NCBI GenBank assembly: GCA_023246955.1
Contig: JAHFHK010000005.1
Span: 1 to 40,235, forward strand
Direction: 5' to 3'
DNA: 40,235 nt
From: Candidatus Uhrbacteria bacterium
Lineage (GTDB): Bacteria; Patescibacteriota; Patescibacteriia; JACQRZ01
Shown here: positions 1 through 9,310 of the stretch, piece after piece
How positions within the stretch are numbered: position 1 is the stretch's first letter
Layout of the letters: the number at the start of each line of letters is the position of its first letter
Notes under the pieces: model-generated
What the model was told of the DNA's origin: nothing
The model's input: only the letters and a program-made list of their open reading frames with translations
Database searches by the model: none
Program-made: the position numbers and the translations under genes

Positions 1-586
1 TTTTTCTGCGGTCATGCATTTGTGGCCGCTTTTTGTTTCCTATGGATTGAGTTTTGGGGTACTGACGAATTTTTGGGTTGCCCATCATTATATCGTTAAT
101 CTCTTTTCTAAGAATGTGAATAGACACGTTGTGTATCTTGATGTACTGTTTCTGATGTTTTTGTCACTCATCCCTTTTAGCTCGAGTATCATTGGTCGCT
201 ACAACTATCTTTCTACTGCAGTATTTTTTTATGGAGTGAATCTTCTTTGCATTTCTTTTGCGCTTCTTGCGTTGCATGAGTATATATTTTTTTCTCGCGC
301 TATACAGAATACTCCCTTCGCGAAGGACAATGCTCGTTTTGGTAAAATACGCATTTGGATGACCATTCTCTTTACGACGGCTGGCATTATGATAAGCTTC
401 GTGCATACTGGTCTCGCTGGTGTTCTTTATCTCATCCCTCTTGTCGTGGCGATGATTCCTGGTTCTATCTCTCGCTGTGATCGTTTAATCAATCATTATA
501 AAGCTTCATTCTATGGAAAACAGTCAACCGGCGTGCAAACCAATGTGCCAAGGCGTAAGTCTTATCGCCGCGTTTCTTCTTCTTAG
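1..586 (+). CDS. TMEM175-family (DUF1211) potassium channel, probably 5'-truncated by the window edge
   Basis: Motifs SYGLSFGVLTNFWVAHH and LMFLSLIPFSS with several TM helices; the usual N-terminal FSD helix is absent, so the gene probably starts upstream. Confidence 0.75.
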   Translation, partial: FSAVMHLWPLFVSYGLSFGVLTNFWVAHHYIVNLFSKNVNRHVVYLDVLFLMFLSLIPFSSSIIGRYNYLSTAVFFYGVNLLCISFALLALHEYIFFSRAIQNTPFAKDNARFGKIRIWMTILFTTAGIMISFVHTGLAGVLYLIPLVVAMIPGSISRCDRLINHYKASFYGKQSTGVQTNVPRRKSYRRVSSS

Positions 587-1280
587 TCTCGGTATTGGTG
601 GTGGACTCTGGACGCTCGGACAGGGTATTGAAGGGAGTAAGCTCTCTAAAACTATTACCTTGACGGGGTCTGCAAAGAAAAAGGTAGATTCCGATCTTGC
701 AAAGTGGACGGTGGGACTCAGTCGCCATGCTGCTCCCGCTGATGTTAAAGGTGCCTATGTTGCACTCAAAAATGATGGGGATGCGCTTCGTCAATATGCA
801 AAGAGCCGAGGGATTGACGACAAGGCAATCACGTTCTTACCTGCCTCCACCGATCCAGTCTATGAGCAACTCCCTAACTATGCTCAGTCACAGAAGATTA
901 CTGAATATATCGTAAGGCAAGAGGTTCACTTCGAGAGCGGCAATCTTGATGGTATAGAAAAACTTGCTAAAGAGGCAACGCAACTCATCGATAAAGGCAT
1001 TATTCTTGACTTTCAGCGCACCGAGTATTTTTATACGAAGCTTGATGATCTGCGCCCGGAGCTCTTTGCGGCCGCAACCAAGGATGCAAAGGTTCGTGCT
1101 GATGCGATCGCCGAAGGTACTGGCGTAAAGGTAGGTGACCTTCAGAGCGCGCGTACGGGGGTTATTCAGGTCTTGACCCCTAACTCTACTGACGTGTCTG
1201 ATTACGGCTCCTACGACCTCTCTACAAAAGAGAAAGAGATCACCGCAACGGTTAATGTAGCGTTTGCTTTAGGGAGATAG
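513..1280 (+). CDS. SIMPL (DUF541) domain protein
   Basis: N-terminal TM anchor; ITLTGSAKKKVDSDLAKW, ATKDAKVRADAIAEG and GDLQSARTGVIQV motifs. Confidence 0.85.
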   Translation: MENSQPACKPMCQGVSLIAAFLLLSLGIGGGLWTLGQGIEGSKLSKTITLTGSAKKKVDSDLAKWTVGLSRHAAPADVKGAYVALKNDGDALRQYAKSRGIDDKAITFLPASTDPVYEQLPNYAQSQKITEYIVRQEVHFESGNLDGIEKLAKEATQLIDKGIILDFQRTEYFYTKLDDLRPELFAAATKDAKVRADAIAEGTGVKVGDLQSARTGVIQVLTPNSTDVSDYGSYDLSTKEKEITATVNVAFALGR

Positions 1281-1301
1281 TAATCCATCCTATCTCTTGC
1301 A

Positions 1302-1333
1302 CAAAAACACCGCTTTTGAAGGCGGTGTTTTTG
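1302..1333. terminator. Bidirectional rho-independent terminator
   Basis: CAAAAACACCGC-8nt-GCGGTGTTTTTG between convergent genes. Confidence 0.85.
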
Positions 1334-1398
1334 ATTCTATGGCACAGCCACACGTTATACCAGGGTTATGTATCATGGTGTTCTGATTGTGGGGTGAT

Positions 1399-3279
1399 TT
1401 AGGGAACGAGAACGGGGATCGGTGTTGCATCAGTGAGTGTGGGGGATGCGAACTTTTGATCGATAGGAATAGGCTTTTGTGCGCCTACCAGGAACTGTGC
1501 TGGCCAATTCTTATAGATACTTTTGAATACCTGCTTTTTTTCTGTGCCATTGGGGTACTTGATCGTGTAGGTGGCAACTGCCGATCCTCCTCCGTGCGCT
1601 TTTTCAAGCTGCTTTGTTTCTCCTGGTTTTAGCGTAGGTGATTCTGCGTAGATAGGGTTTCCTGCGGGGGTTGTGCTGAGCGTTTTGGGTCCATCGACCA
1701 CCGAAATGCGTCCGTCGCCCGTTCCGTAGAGGTTGAATGTAATGCGATTGCCGTCGACTGACGACTGTACGAGAATATACCTCGGGGTATCGTTTACGAA
1801 TCTGAAGTCTGGGGCAGGGAAATATACTGTCGCGTCAAGACCTGGACCTATGCTTTTGCCATCGCCATCTTTTTCGTAGTAGGGAACGCGATATGAATGG
1901 TTCTGGCGTTGTGTTATAGGAAGTCCTGCGTTCATGACGGAGCGAAAGAGGGTGGTCGACACTTGGCATAGGCCTCCACCGTACTCGGGGAGGGTACGGG
2001 TGCCTTTGATGACGAGTTCTTGGAGGTATCCCCCTTTGGCATCGATAGAGCCGAGATTTTTGATCGTTGAAAACTCTTCGCCGGGTTTAATGAGGATACC
2101 ATGGAGATGGGTCGCCCCTGCTTTGATATTCACGCGTCTGTTAGAGGGGCTTCCTATGAAATTCGTTGTTGCGGTGCCGATTTTTTCTATAATACCAAAC
2201 TGCGCTACGACAGGATCGGTAGGAACGGGTTTGACGGAGTCAACTGCGATGGTGGCTCGAGGGAATGTGGGGGTTTTTTCTGTGCGAGATATGAGGGCTT
2301 GCAGTATCGAGGTTGCTGTTTTTTCTTTGCTGAGTGCAGTACCGTTCTGGGGAGGAGTAAAGTTTTTGACCGTAGTCCCCTCTACTTGCATTTTTGCTTC
2401 GAGAGGTGCGCGTGCGAATTCTTTTTCAAAACGAGCGAGATATTCTCCTGCCTTGTTTGTATCGATAGCGATAGTAAGTCTTTCTTTGTTAGGACTTGTC
2501 GTGATCCATGAGCCAAAGAGGGTGGGATCGATCACTTGGATCTTCTTGTTTGCGTCGAGCTCAAGAGGGCGTGCGAGCATCTGTTCAACGATATGAAGGG
2601 TCTTGTCTGCTTCTAGGCGGCTTACGGTGGGTTGTGTCGCAACACGACTGAGACGGGGTGTCTCTGTTTTCATCTCGAGGAGTGCAGTTCTGATGATAGG
2701 TATGGCCGCTCCTTCGTCTATTTTTTTCCCAGAGGTAGTGTCGGTGTGAAGGGTTGCTTTGCCTTTCTCGACAGTAATACGTAGGTCTTTTATGGGGTCT
2801 TGTGAGTCATTTGCGAGATGACTTATGCTCGCTGCGAGTTGGGTATCGTTTATGGTTATCGCGAGAGGGATGGTGACTGGAGTCATGAATGCGGTGATCT
2901 GTGTTTGAAAATTGCTGAATGCATCCCCTTTTGGTCGGGCGAGATATGCTGCTTCCAGGGCTCCGGTGATATCAAACATAATACCGGTGTCTGCTGGTTT
3001 TAGCGTAAAAACGCGCTCATCGATAGGGACTACAATGGGGCTCTGTGCATAAGCGATGGTGCGGGCAGTGACCAGCTCTCGTGCTCGCGCCATTGTTGCG
3101 TTGCTCACATCTATATCATAAATCAAAACTCCCGGCCCTATCGTGTCGGTTTGTGAAGAGGTATCTATCGTGAAAGCAACCGCCGTGAGAGTGGACGCGA
3201 CAAGACAGATGCCAAGGATGCCACCGCCTATGAGATACCACTGTTTTGGGGAGATTTTTTTATGGAGAAGTGTTTTCAT
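1399..3279 (-). CDS. VanW-family protein with N-terminal TM, peptidoglycan-binding-4-like repeats and a possible C-terminal G5-like domain
   Basis: NRRVNI, IKPGEEFS, GGGLCQVSTTLF, QNHSY and GLDATVY motifs; start moved to MKTLL at 3279. Confidence 0.85.
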   Translation of the reverse strand: MKTLLHKKISPKQWYLIGGGILGICLVASTLTAVAFTIDTSSQTDTIGPGVLIYDIDVSNATMARARELVTARTIAYAQSPIVVPIDERVFTLKPADTGIMFDITGALEAAYLARPKGDAFSNFQTQITAFMTPVTIPLAITINDTQLAASISHLANDSQDPIKDLRITVEKGKATLHTDTTSGKKIDEGAAIPIIRTALLEMKTETPRLSRVATQPTVSRLEADKTLHIVEQMLARPLELDANKKIQVIDPTLFGSWITTSPNKERLTIAIDTNKAGEYLARFEKEFARAPLEAKMQVEGTTVKNFTPPQNGTALSKEKTATSILQALISRTEKTPTFPRATIAVDSVKPVPTDPVVAQFGIIEKIGTATTNFIGSPSNRRVNIKAGATHLHGILIKPGEEFSTIKNLGSIDAKGGYLQELVIKGTRTLPEYGGGLCQVSTTLFRSVMNAGLPITQRQNHSYRVPYYEKDGDGKSIGPGLDATVYFPAPDFRFVNDTPRYILVQSSVDGNRITFNLYGTGDGRISVVDGPKTLSTTPAGNPIYAESPTLKPGETKQLEKAHGGGSAVATYTIKYPNGTEKKQVFKSIYKNWPAQFLVGAQKPIPIDQKFASPTLTDATPIPVLVP

Positions 3280-3428
3280 GGTCAAAATATGACTTATACT
3301 CCCCCCAGTGTAGCCATTTTTGTTCATTATTGCAAGGCAAAAAGGGGAATTGAGGGGGATTTGTCTTGAAAAAAGAAAAGTGCTATGGTGGGAGGGCTGT
3401 TTTTTGTTTATAATTTATATTTCCTGGT

Positions 3429-3668
3429 ATGAAAACCGTTACTATTTTCAGTACCCCAACCTGCGTCTACTGTAAGATGGCAAAAGAGTTCTTTCACAAG
3501 CACAATGTTGAATTCATCGAGAAGAACGTCGCTGAAGACCTTGAGGCGCAGCAGGACATGATTTCTCGCTCAGGTCAGATGGGTGTTCCGGTGATTGATA
3601 TTGACGGAGAGCTGATTATTGGGTTCGATAAGCCGAAGGTCATGGAGCTCCTCGAAATTGCTGAATAA
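3429..3668 (+). CDS. Glutaredoxin / NrdH-like redoxin
   Basis: 79 aa; CVYC active site; GQMGVPVI and IIGFD motifs. Confidence 0.9.
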   Translation: MKTVTIFSTPTCVYCKMAKEFFHKHNVEFIEKNVAEDLEAQQDMISRSGQMGVPVIDIDGELIIGFDKPKVMELLEIAE

Positions 3669-3697
3669 CGATATTTAATTTATATAATCTCTTTTAT

Positions 3698-3850
3698 ATG
3701 TCTGAAGAAATGATGCATGCTTGCAAGGAAGAGGAAGCATGCTGTAAAGAAGGTGGGTGTGATTGTAAGGATATGGCGGAAAAAGATGGTGGATGTGATT
3801 GTTGCAAGGAGGAAGGGTGCGGGTCTTGCGATTCAGCTCCACAAGCGTAG
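3698..3850 (+). CDS. Small Cys-rich, metallothionein-like peptide (50 aa, not in the ORF track)
   Basis: My translation: MSEEMMHACKEEEACCKEGGCDCKDMAEKDGGCDCCKEEGCGSCDSAPQA*; 10 Cys; AT-rich leader; hairpin directly after the stop. Confidence 0.7.
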   Translation: MSEEMMHACKEEEACCKEGGCDCKDMAEKDGGCDCCKEEGCGSCDSAPQA

Positions 3851-3857
3851 TTTTCTG

Positions 3858-3885
3858 GAAGATCTCTCATAAGGAGATCTTCTTT
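3858..3885 (+). terminator. Probable terminator after the glutaredoxin and Cys-rich peptide genes
   Basis: GAAGATCTC-7nt-GAGATCTTC followed by TTT. Confidence 0.55.
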
Positions 3886-3913
3886 GATTATATTGTTTTG
3901 AATTTCATTTTTT

Positions 3914-4885
3914 ATGGAAACGAACTCAATGTTTGATTGTATTGCTATAGGTACAGGTGCTGCCGGGCTTTCTGCAGCTATCTATGGTGGTCGGTATCGT
4001 ATGAGCATGCTCGTCATCGGCGAGAACTTTGGTGGATATACCTCCATTGCGGGCGAGATTGAGAACTATCCTGGATTCTCTTCCGTTGATGGCTATGAGC
4101 TCATGAAGCGGATGAAGGAGCAGGCGGAGGGGGTGGGTGCTACGATCGTCGATGGACGAGTAACTTCTATTGCCCGTGATGAGGGAGGGTGTTTTCGTGT
4201 GATGGTGGGCGAGAAGGAGTATTTTGGACGAACGGTGGTCTTTGGCACAGGAAGCAAACGGCGCCAGCTAGGGTTGCCTAATGAGAATGAACTCACTTCC
4301 AAGGGGGTACATTATTGCATGACCTGTGATGCGCCGGTGTATCGCGACAAGGTGGTGGCGGTCGTCGGCGGTGGGGATGCATCCGTAAAAGGCACCTTGA
4401 TTGCGGCAGAATATGCGAAGAAGATCTACTTCATCGTCAGGAGTGACAAGTTGCGTGCAGAGCCAATTAACCAGGATGCGTTGATGAAGCTGGGTGACAA
4501 AGTGGAGATATTGTATGAGACGAACGTCACCGCACTCATCGGTGAAAAGAGGCTAGAGAAGATTACTCTTTCAAAACCCTACAACGGCTTGACGGAGATG
4601 ACCCTTGATGGGCTGTTTATTGAGATTGGTGCAACGCCTGTTACGGATCTCATCACGTCTCTGGGTATCGCACTCGATGCGCAGGGGTACGTGATCGTTG
4701 ATCCTATGATGCACACGAACGTTGAGGGAGGGTACGCCGCGGGGGATATCATGAATCTTTTTGGGCACTTTAAGCAGGATATCACCGCAGCTGCAACGGG
4801 AGCGTTAGCTGCTACGTCGGCCTATGAGTACGTGAAATCTCACGGGGAGCTGTGTGTGCGTCATGCACGATCGAACGGGGCATAG
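3914..4885 (+). CDS. trxB: Thioredoxin-disulfide reductase
   Basis: IGTGAAGLSAAIY FAD motif, HYCMTCD redox CxxC, VVGGGD NADPH motif, YAAGD. Confidence 0.88.
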   Translation: METNSMFDCIAIGTGAAGLSAAIYGGRYRMSMLVIGENFGGYTSIAGEIENYPGFSSVDGYELMKRMKEQAEGVGATIVDGRVTSIARDEGGCFRVMVGEKEYFGRTVVFGTGSKRRQLGLPNENELTSKGVHYCMTCDAPVYRDKVVAVVGGGDASVKGTLIAAEYAKKIYFIVRSDKLRAEPINQDALMKLGDKVEILYETNVTALIGEKRLEKITLSKPYNGLTEMTLDGLFIEIGATPVTDLITSLGIALDAQGYVIVDPMMHTNVEGGYAAGDIMNLFGHFKQDITAAATGALAATSAYEYVKSHGELCVRHARSNGA

Positions 4886-4909
4886 AGATTAATTTATATC
4901 TTTGACTAT

Positions 4910-5332
4910 ATGATCATGGAAAGGAAATATCCTCTTTCTGAGGAGCAAAAAGCCGCAGACAAAATACAAATTCAAGAAAGACTGCAGGAGACAAAAGGTT
5001 GGCTCGATGCCATGCTGTCCGAAAGAGGTATCCAAGAGGTGGCAACTTTTGATGCACTTGAACTTACTGACGATGAGAAGAGGGATCTTGATACTACAAA
5101 AGGGGTTCTTCACTATGATCCCGAGGAGGATCAGGGCATATATCCGCACTATATGTTTTATCGCAAAGACGATGGAGATTCTCTTCCTTCGGTGCGAATG
5201 ATCGTTTATATTTCCGGAGTGAAACAAAGTCTTATGGCGGCGGATATATTTTCAAAAAAATTTGGGCATCAGATGGGTAATGATTGGAGCCAGGAGGAAT
5301 TCAGGGGGTTAATAAAGAACATAGTTATATGA
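4910..5332 (+). CDS. Hypothetical protein
   Basis: 140-aa ORF with protein-like composition directly after trxB; no motif recognised. Confidence 0.6.
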   Translation: MIMERKYPLSEEQKAADKIQIQERLQETKGWLDAMLSERGIQEVATFDALELTDDEKRDLDTTKGVLHYDPEEDQGIYPHYMFYRKDDGDSLPSVRMIVYISGVKQSLMAADIFSKKFGHQMGNDWSQEEFRGLIKNIVI

Positions 5333-5463
5333 TAGTGCTCTATACTTGGGTATAGAAACCTTGATTTGTGAGTGGTTTTGGCACATCTCACTTCTTGATT
5401 TTTTTGCCTTCATTTTCACTCTGTGCCACAATGGGCGGAGTACTTTTTAAGGAGATGACTATC

Positions 5464-5682
5464 ATGGGAGTTAGCCCTGGTACGTTCTGTCGTTTGTGCA
5501 ATTGTCTTTCTCATCGAGCCGCGGAGATATGTGAACGTTGCATTATGCAGCATCGTATTCCGAGGCGGTTTGAGGATGATTACGATGGTTGGTGTGCGCT
5601 GTCTCCCGAGGAGCAGAATCGGCTTTTGCGCCCCCTGAAATGGGAGCCCCAGCTTTCTTCTCGTATGGAGGCAAAACAATGA
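5464..5682 (+). CDS. Small hypothetical protein with two CxxC pairs (possible Zn-binding)
   Basis: CRLC and CERC; AAGGAG SD at 5449-5454; hairpin downstream at 5687-5708. Confidence 0.5.
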   Translation: MGVSPGTFCRLCNCLSHRAAEICERCIMQHRIPRRFEDDYDGWCALSPEEQNRLLRPLKWEPQLSSRMEAKQ

Positions 5683-5712
5683 AAATCCGGGTGAATAATA
5701 TCACTCGGTTTT

Positions 5713-6261
5713 TTATTTCCTCATTTTCTCTGCAAACGCTATGGTTGTGACGATGAGGGTTTCAAGGAACTCATGGGTTTTGGGATCGGTGAATGCTCCT
5801 TCGGGGGTGAAGGCGGTGTCGCCCATGCCGATGAGGACTTCGGGTTTTGGGAGGACGAGGACGTTGAGGGCGAGGAGGACTTCGCGGAGATGTGCTTGTC
5901 CGCGCACGGTGGCGAATTTTCCGTTCGAAACCCCGAAGATGCAGGCTACCTTTCTTGCGAGGGGGTTCTCGCCACGAGAGAGCCAATCAAGGGCGTTTTT
6001 GAGCACGCCAGAGATGGAGTGGTTGTATTCAGGGGAGGCGATCATGACGAGGTCTGCGGTTGCGATGAGTGTTGCGAGTTGGGTGACTGATTCGGGCATG
6101 CCCTGATCTTCGATATCACCGTTATATAAGGGGAGTGATCCGATATCTCCGTCGGTGATAGATGACGCACCGTGCTGTGTGGCGATTGCTTTTGCGATGG
6201 CGAGGGCTTTTTTGTTGAATGAGCCGGAGCGAAGACTTCCGCAGAGGGTTACTACATGCAT
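5713..6261 (-). CDS. NAD(P)H-dependent FMN reductase
   Basis: GSLRSGSFN and SPEYNHSISGVLKNALDWLSR motifs. Confidence 0.92.
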   Translation of the reverse strand: MHVVTLCGSLRSGSFNKKALAIAKAIATQHGASSITDGDIGSLPLYNGDIEDQGMPESVTQLATLIATADLVMIASPEYNHSISGVLKNALDWLSRGENPLARKVACIFGVSNGKFATVRGQAHLREVLLALNVLVLPKPEVLIGMGDTAFTPEGAFTDPKTHEFLETLIVTTIAFAEKMRK

Positions 6262-6283
6262 ATGGGTGAGTATTAGTGATAGG

Positions 6284-6292
6284 TGTGGATAA
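6284..6292 (-). promoter_or_regulatory. Perfect DnaA box (TTATCCACA) upstream of nrdA
   Basis: TGTGGATAA on the + strand; second copy at 6585-6593. Confidence 0.45.
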
Positions 6293-6354
6293 GGGGAATT
6301 GTTCTGAGTGGTGGTGTCTTACGGGTGAAGCATTTACTCGGGATAGGTACCACT

Positions 6355-6384
6355 TTGACGGTTGCTGCTTTGAGCCTATACAAT
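6355..6384 (+). promoter_or_regulatory. Sigma70-type promoter for nrdAB
   Basis: TTGACG-18nt-TACAAT. Confidence 0.55.
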
Positions 6385-6417
6385 GGTAGCACCCTAAATC
6401 ACGAACTACCATGCGGT

Positions 6418-9276
6418 ATGCCAATAATAAAGATACAAAAACGAAACGGTTTTATAGCGGATTTTGATGCATCGAGAATTATTAGGGCGGTGCAAAAAGC
6501 TTTTGTTGAGAGAGGGTATTCTCCCGAAGAGGTATTTTTACAAGAAGTAGGCGCTGCTGTGACTGAGCAGCTCGAATTGCGGTTTGTGGATAAGGTGCCG
6601 AATGTGGAGGTGGTACAGGATTTTGTTGAGAAGGCATTGGCGGATCGGGGATTTTTTGATGTGGCGAAGGCATATATTATCTATCGGTATGAGCATGCGA
6701 AGATTCGTGAGGAATTGAAAAAGGATATTGCGGAAAAAATCGAGCATCATGCATTGACGGTGGTGAAACGGAGTGGGGCGACTGAGCAGTTTTCTCTTGC
6801 AAAGCTTCGCAAAAGCGTCGAGCATGTCGTGGCGGGGTATGAGAAAGATATTGATATCGATGCCGTGGTGCAGCAATGTCGTCTTGAACTGTTCGAGGGG
6901 ATTGCGACGAAGGATGTGCATAAAGTATTGATAATGACGATGCGTAGTTTTATTGAAAAGGATCCTGCGTATTCAAAGGTGGCGGCACGACTTCTTCTTG
7001 CACGGAATTATAAGGAATATATCGGTCCCGATGTTGACTATACCCAGCTTGATGCGCAATACCGTGCCGCATTCGTGACGAATCTCAAGCGAGGGGTGGA
7101 GATTGGGCGTATTGATGCACGCTTGCTCGCTTTTGATCTTGATACCATCGCAAAGAGTCTCGTGCTCGATCGAGATGATGATTTCCTCTATCTTGGGCTC
7201 CAGACGTTGTTTGATCGGTATTTTGTGTATGATCACGATCGCAAATGTGTTCTTGAGACTCCGCAGACATTCTGGATGCGTATTGCAATGGGTATCGCTT
7301 TGAATGAAAAGGAAGATCGTACGCGCCATACATTGGATTTTTATGAGATTATGGCAAAGCTTTTGTATACGCCGTCGACTCCTACACTATTTCATGCGGG
7401 AACGCCGAGCCCTCAGTTGAGCTCATGCTATCTCAACACTGTTTCAGATTCTTTGGAGAATATTTTTAAGACGTATGCTGATAATTCTCAGCTTTCAAAG
7501 TGGTCGGGAGGGATTGGAACCGATTGGACGAATATTCGTGGTACTGGGTCGTTCATTAAGGGTACGGGCGTAGAGAGTCAGGGAGTGATTCCGTTTCTCA
7601 AAATCGCCAATGATGTTACGGTAGCTATCAATCGCAGTGGGCGTCGTCGAGGTGCTGCGTGTGTGTATCTGGAGGTGTGGCACTATGATATAGAGGACTT
7701 TCTTGAGCTTCGCAAGAATACTGGTGATGAGCGGCGTCGTACTCATGATATGGACACGGCGAATTGGATCCCCGATCTCTTTATGAAGCGTATTCGTGAG
7801 GATGGGGAATGGACGTTGTTTTCTCCTGATGAGACACCGCAGCTTCACCACATCTACGGGAAGCGTTTTGAAGAAAAATATGCTGAATATGAGCGACTTG
7901 CTGATGCGGGGGTTTTGAAGACATGGCGCCGCATGAAGGCAAAGGATCTATGGAAGAAAATGCTTGCGATGTTGTTCGAAACAGGACATCCGTGGATTAC
8001 ATTCAAAGATCCCTGTAACGTGCGCTCTCCGCAAGATCATGTGGGGGTTATTCATAATTCCAATCTTTGTACGGAAATTACGCTCAATACTTCCGAAAAT
8101 GAAACAGCGGTATGTAATCTTGGCTCGTTGAACTTTGCGAAGTTCGTTCGTGATGATGCGTTTGATTCTGAAAAAGTGAAAGAGGTAGTAACGATCGCGA
8201 TGCGCATGCTCGATAACGTCATTGATATCAACTACTACCCTACGGAGGATGCAAAGCGCTCTAATATGCGGCATCGTCCTGTAGGTTTGGGGATTCGAGG
8301 ATTTCATGATGCGTTGTATCTGCTCGATATTAATTTTGATAGTGAAGAATGTATTGAGTTTGCGGATTACAGTATGGAGGTGGTGTCGTACTATGCGCTG
8401 CTTGGTTCTTCGCAATTAGCGGCAGAGCGAGGAGAATATGAGACGTTTCGAGGGTCAAAATGGGATCGTGGGATTTTGCCACAGGATACGCTGGATCTTT
8501 TGGAACAAGAACGGGGAGAGCGGATTGATATTCCTCGAGGCGGACGAATGGATTGGGCGCCGGTGCGTGAATCGATCAGAAAGTATGGTATTCGTAATTC
8601 GAACTGTCTTGCGATTGCACCGACGGCGACAACGGCAAATATTGTCGGCTGTATTCCTACTATTGAACCGATCTACAAGAATTTGTATGTGAAGTCGAAT
8701 CAGGCGGGGGATTTTATCGTGGTGAATCCGTATTTGGTTGAAGATTTGAAGGCGATTAATCTTTGGAATGATGAGACATTGAATAAGATTAAGTACTTTG
8801 ATGGGAGCATTGCGGGCTTGCCTGAGATTCCGGTACATTTGCGTGAGAAATATAAGGAAGTGTTTGAGATTGATTCTCGATGGCTCATTCGCTCTGCGGC
8901 ATGTCGTGGAAAATGGATTGATCAGAGTCAGTCGTTGAATATCTACTTTCGTGGTACGTCAGGAAAAGAGTTAAGTGATGTGTATATGTATGCATGGGAG
9001 CTGGGTCTTAAGACGACCTACTATCTCCGTACTCTGGCGGCGTCTCAGGTCGAGAAATCTACTATGAATGCAGTGCAGTTCGGCACTACCCATATTCGTG
9101 GAGGTGGCGCGGGGCCTGTGACTCCTATGGCGACTCCTTCTTCGTCGGTGAGTACGCCGTCTGCTACTCCCTCTCCTGCGCCCGCGATGGCGAGCCCTCT
9201 CGGGAGTGACATTCCTGCTCCTTCACTCGCCGTATGCAGTATTGATGATCCGGGTTGCGAATCATGCCAAGGCTAA
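6418..9276 (+). CDS. nrdA: Class I ribonucleotide reductase alpha subunit with two ATP-cone domains
   Basis: IQKRNG and VVKRSG ATP-cones; PTLFHAG, QLSSCYL, SNLCTEI, VCNLGS, APTAT, KTTYY; C-terminal CESC; start moved to ATG 6418. Confidence 0.95.
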   Translation: MPIIKIQKRNGFIADFDASRIIRAVQKAFVERGYSPEEVFLQEVGAAVTEQLELRFVDKVPNVEVVQDFVEKALADRGFFDVAKAYIIYRYEHAKIREELKKDIAEKIEHHALTVVKRSGATEQFSLAKLRKSVEHVVAGYEKDIDIDAVVQQCRLELFEGIATKDVHKVLIMTMRSFIEKDPAYSKVAARLLLARNYKEYIGPDVDYTQLDAQYRAAFVTNLKRGVEIGRIDARLLAFDLDTIAKSLVLDRDDDFLYLGLQTLFDRYFVYDHDRKCVLETPQTFWMRIAMGIALNEKEDRTRHTLDFYEIMAKLLYTPSTPTLFHAGTPSPQLSSCYLNTVSDSLENIFKTYADNSQLSKWSGGIGTDWTNIRGTGSFIKGTGVESQGVIPFLKIANDVTVAINRSGRRRGAACVYLEVWHYDIEDFLELRKNTGDERRRTHDMDTANWIPDLFMKRIREDGEWTLFSPDETPQLHHIYGKRFEEKYAEYERLADAGVLKTWRRMKAKDLWKKMLAMLFETGHPWITFKDPCNVRSPQDHVGVIHNSNLCTEITLNTSENETAVCNLGSLNFAKFVRDDAFDSEKVKEVVTIAMRMLDNVIDINYYPTEDAKRSNMRHRPVGLGIRGFHDALYLLDINFDSEECIEFADYSMEVVSYYALLGSSQLAAERGEYETFRGSKWDRGILPQDTLDLLEQERGERIDIPRGGRMDWAPVRESIRKYGIRNSNCLAIAPTATTANIVGCIPTIEPIYKNLYVKSNQAGDFIVVNPYLVEDLKAINLWNDETLNKIKYFDGSIAGLPEIPVHLREKYKEVFEIDSRWLIRSAACRGKWIDQSQSLNIYFRGTSGKELSDVYMYAWELGLKTTYYLRTLAASQVEKSTMNAVQFGTTHIRGGGAGPVTPMATPSSSVSTPSATPSPAPAMASPLGSDIPAPSLAVCSIDDPGCESCQG

Positions 9277-9310
9277 AAACAAATATTAATTCCTTTAACT
9301 GTTCCCGCCT

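Noticed and set aside
6283-6417. 45-aa N-terminal extension of NrdA from a GTG start
   Set aside because: It spans the predicted promoter, and the ATP-cone begins right after ATG 6418.
6400-6420. NrdR box before nrdA (TACCATGCGGTA)
   Set aside because: The quasi-palindrome does not fit the length or core of the NrdR consensus, and there is no tandem partner.
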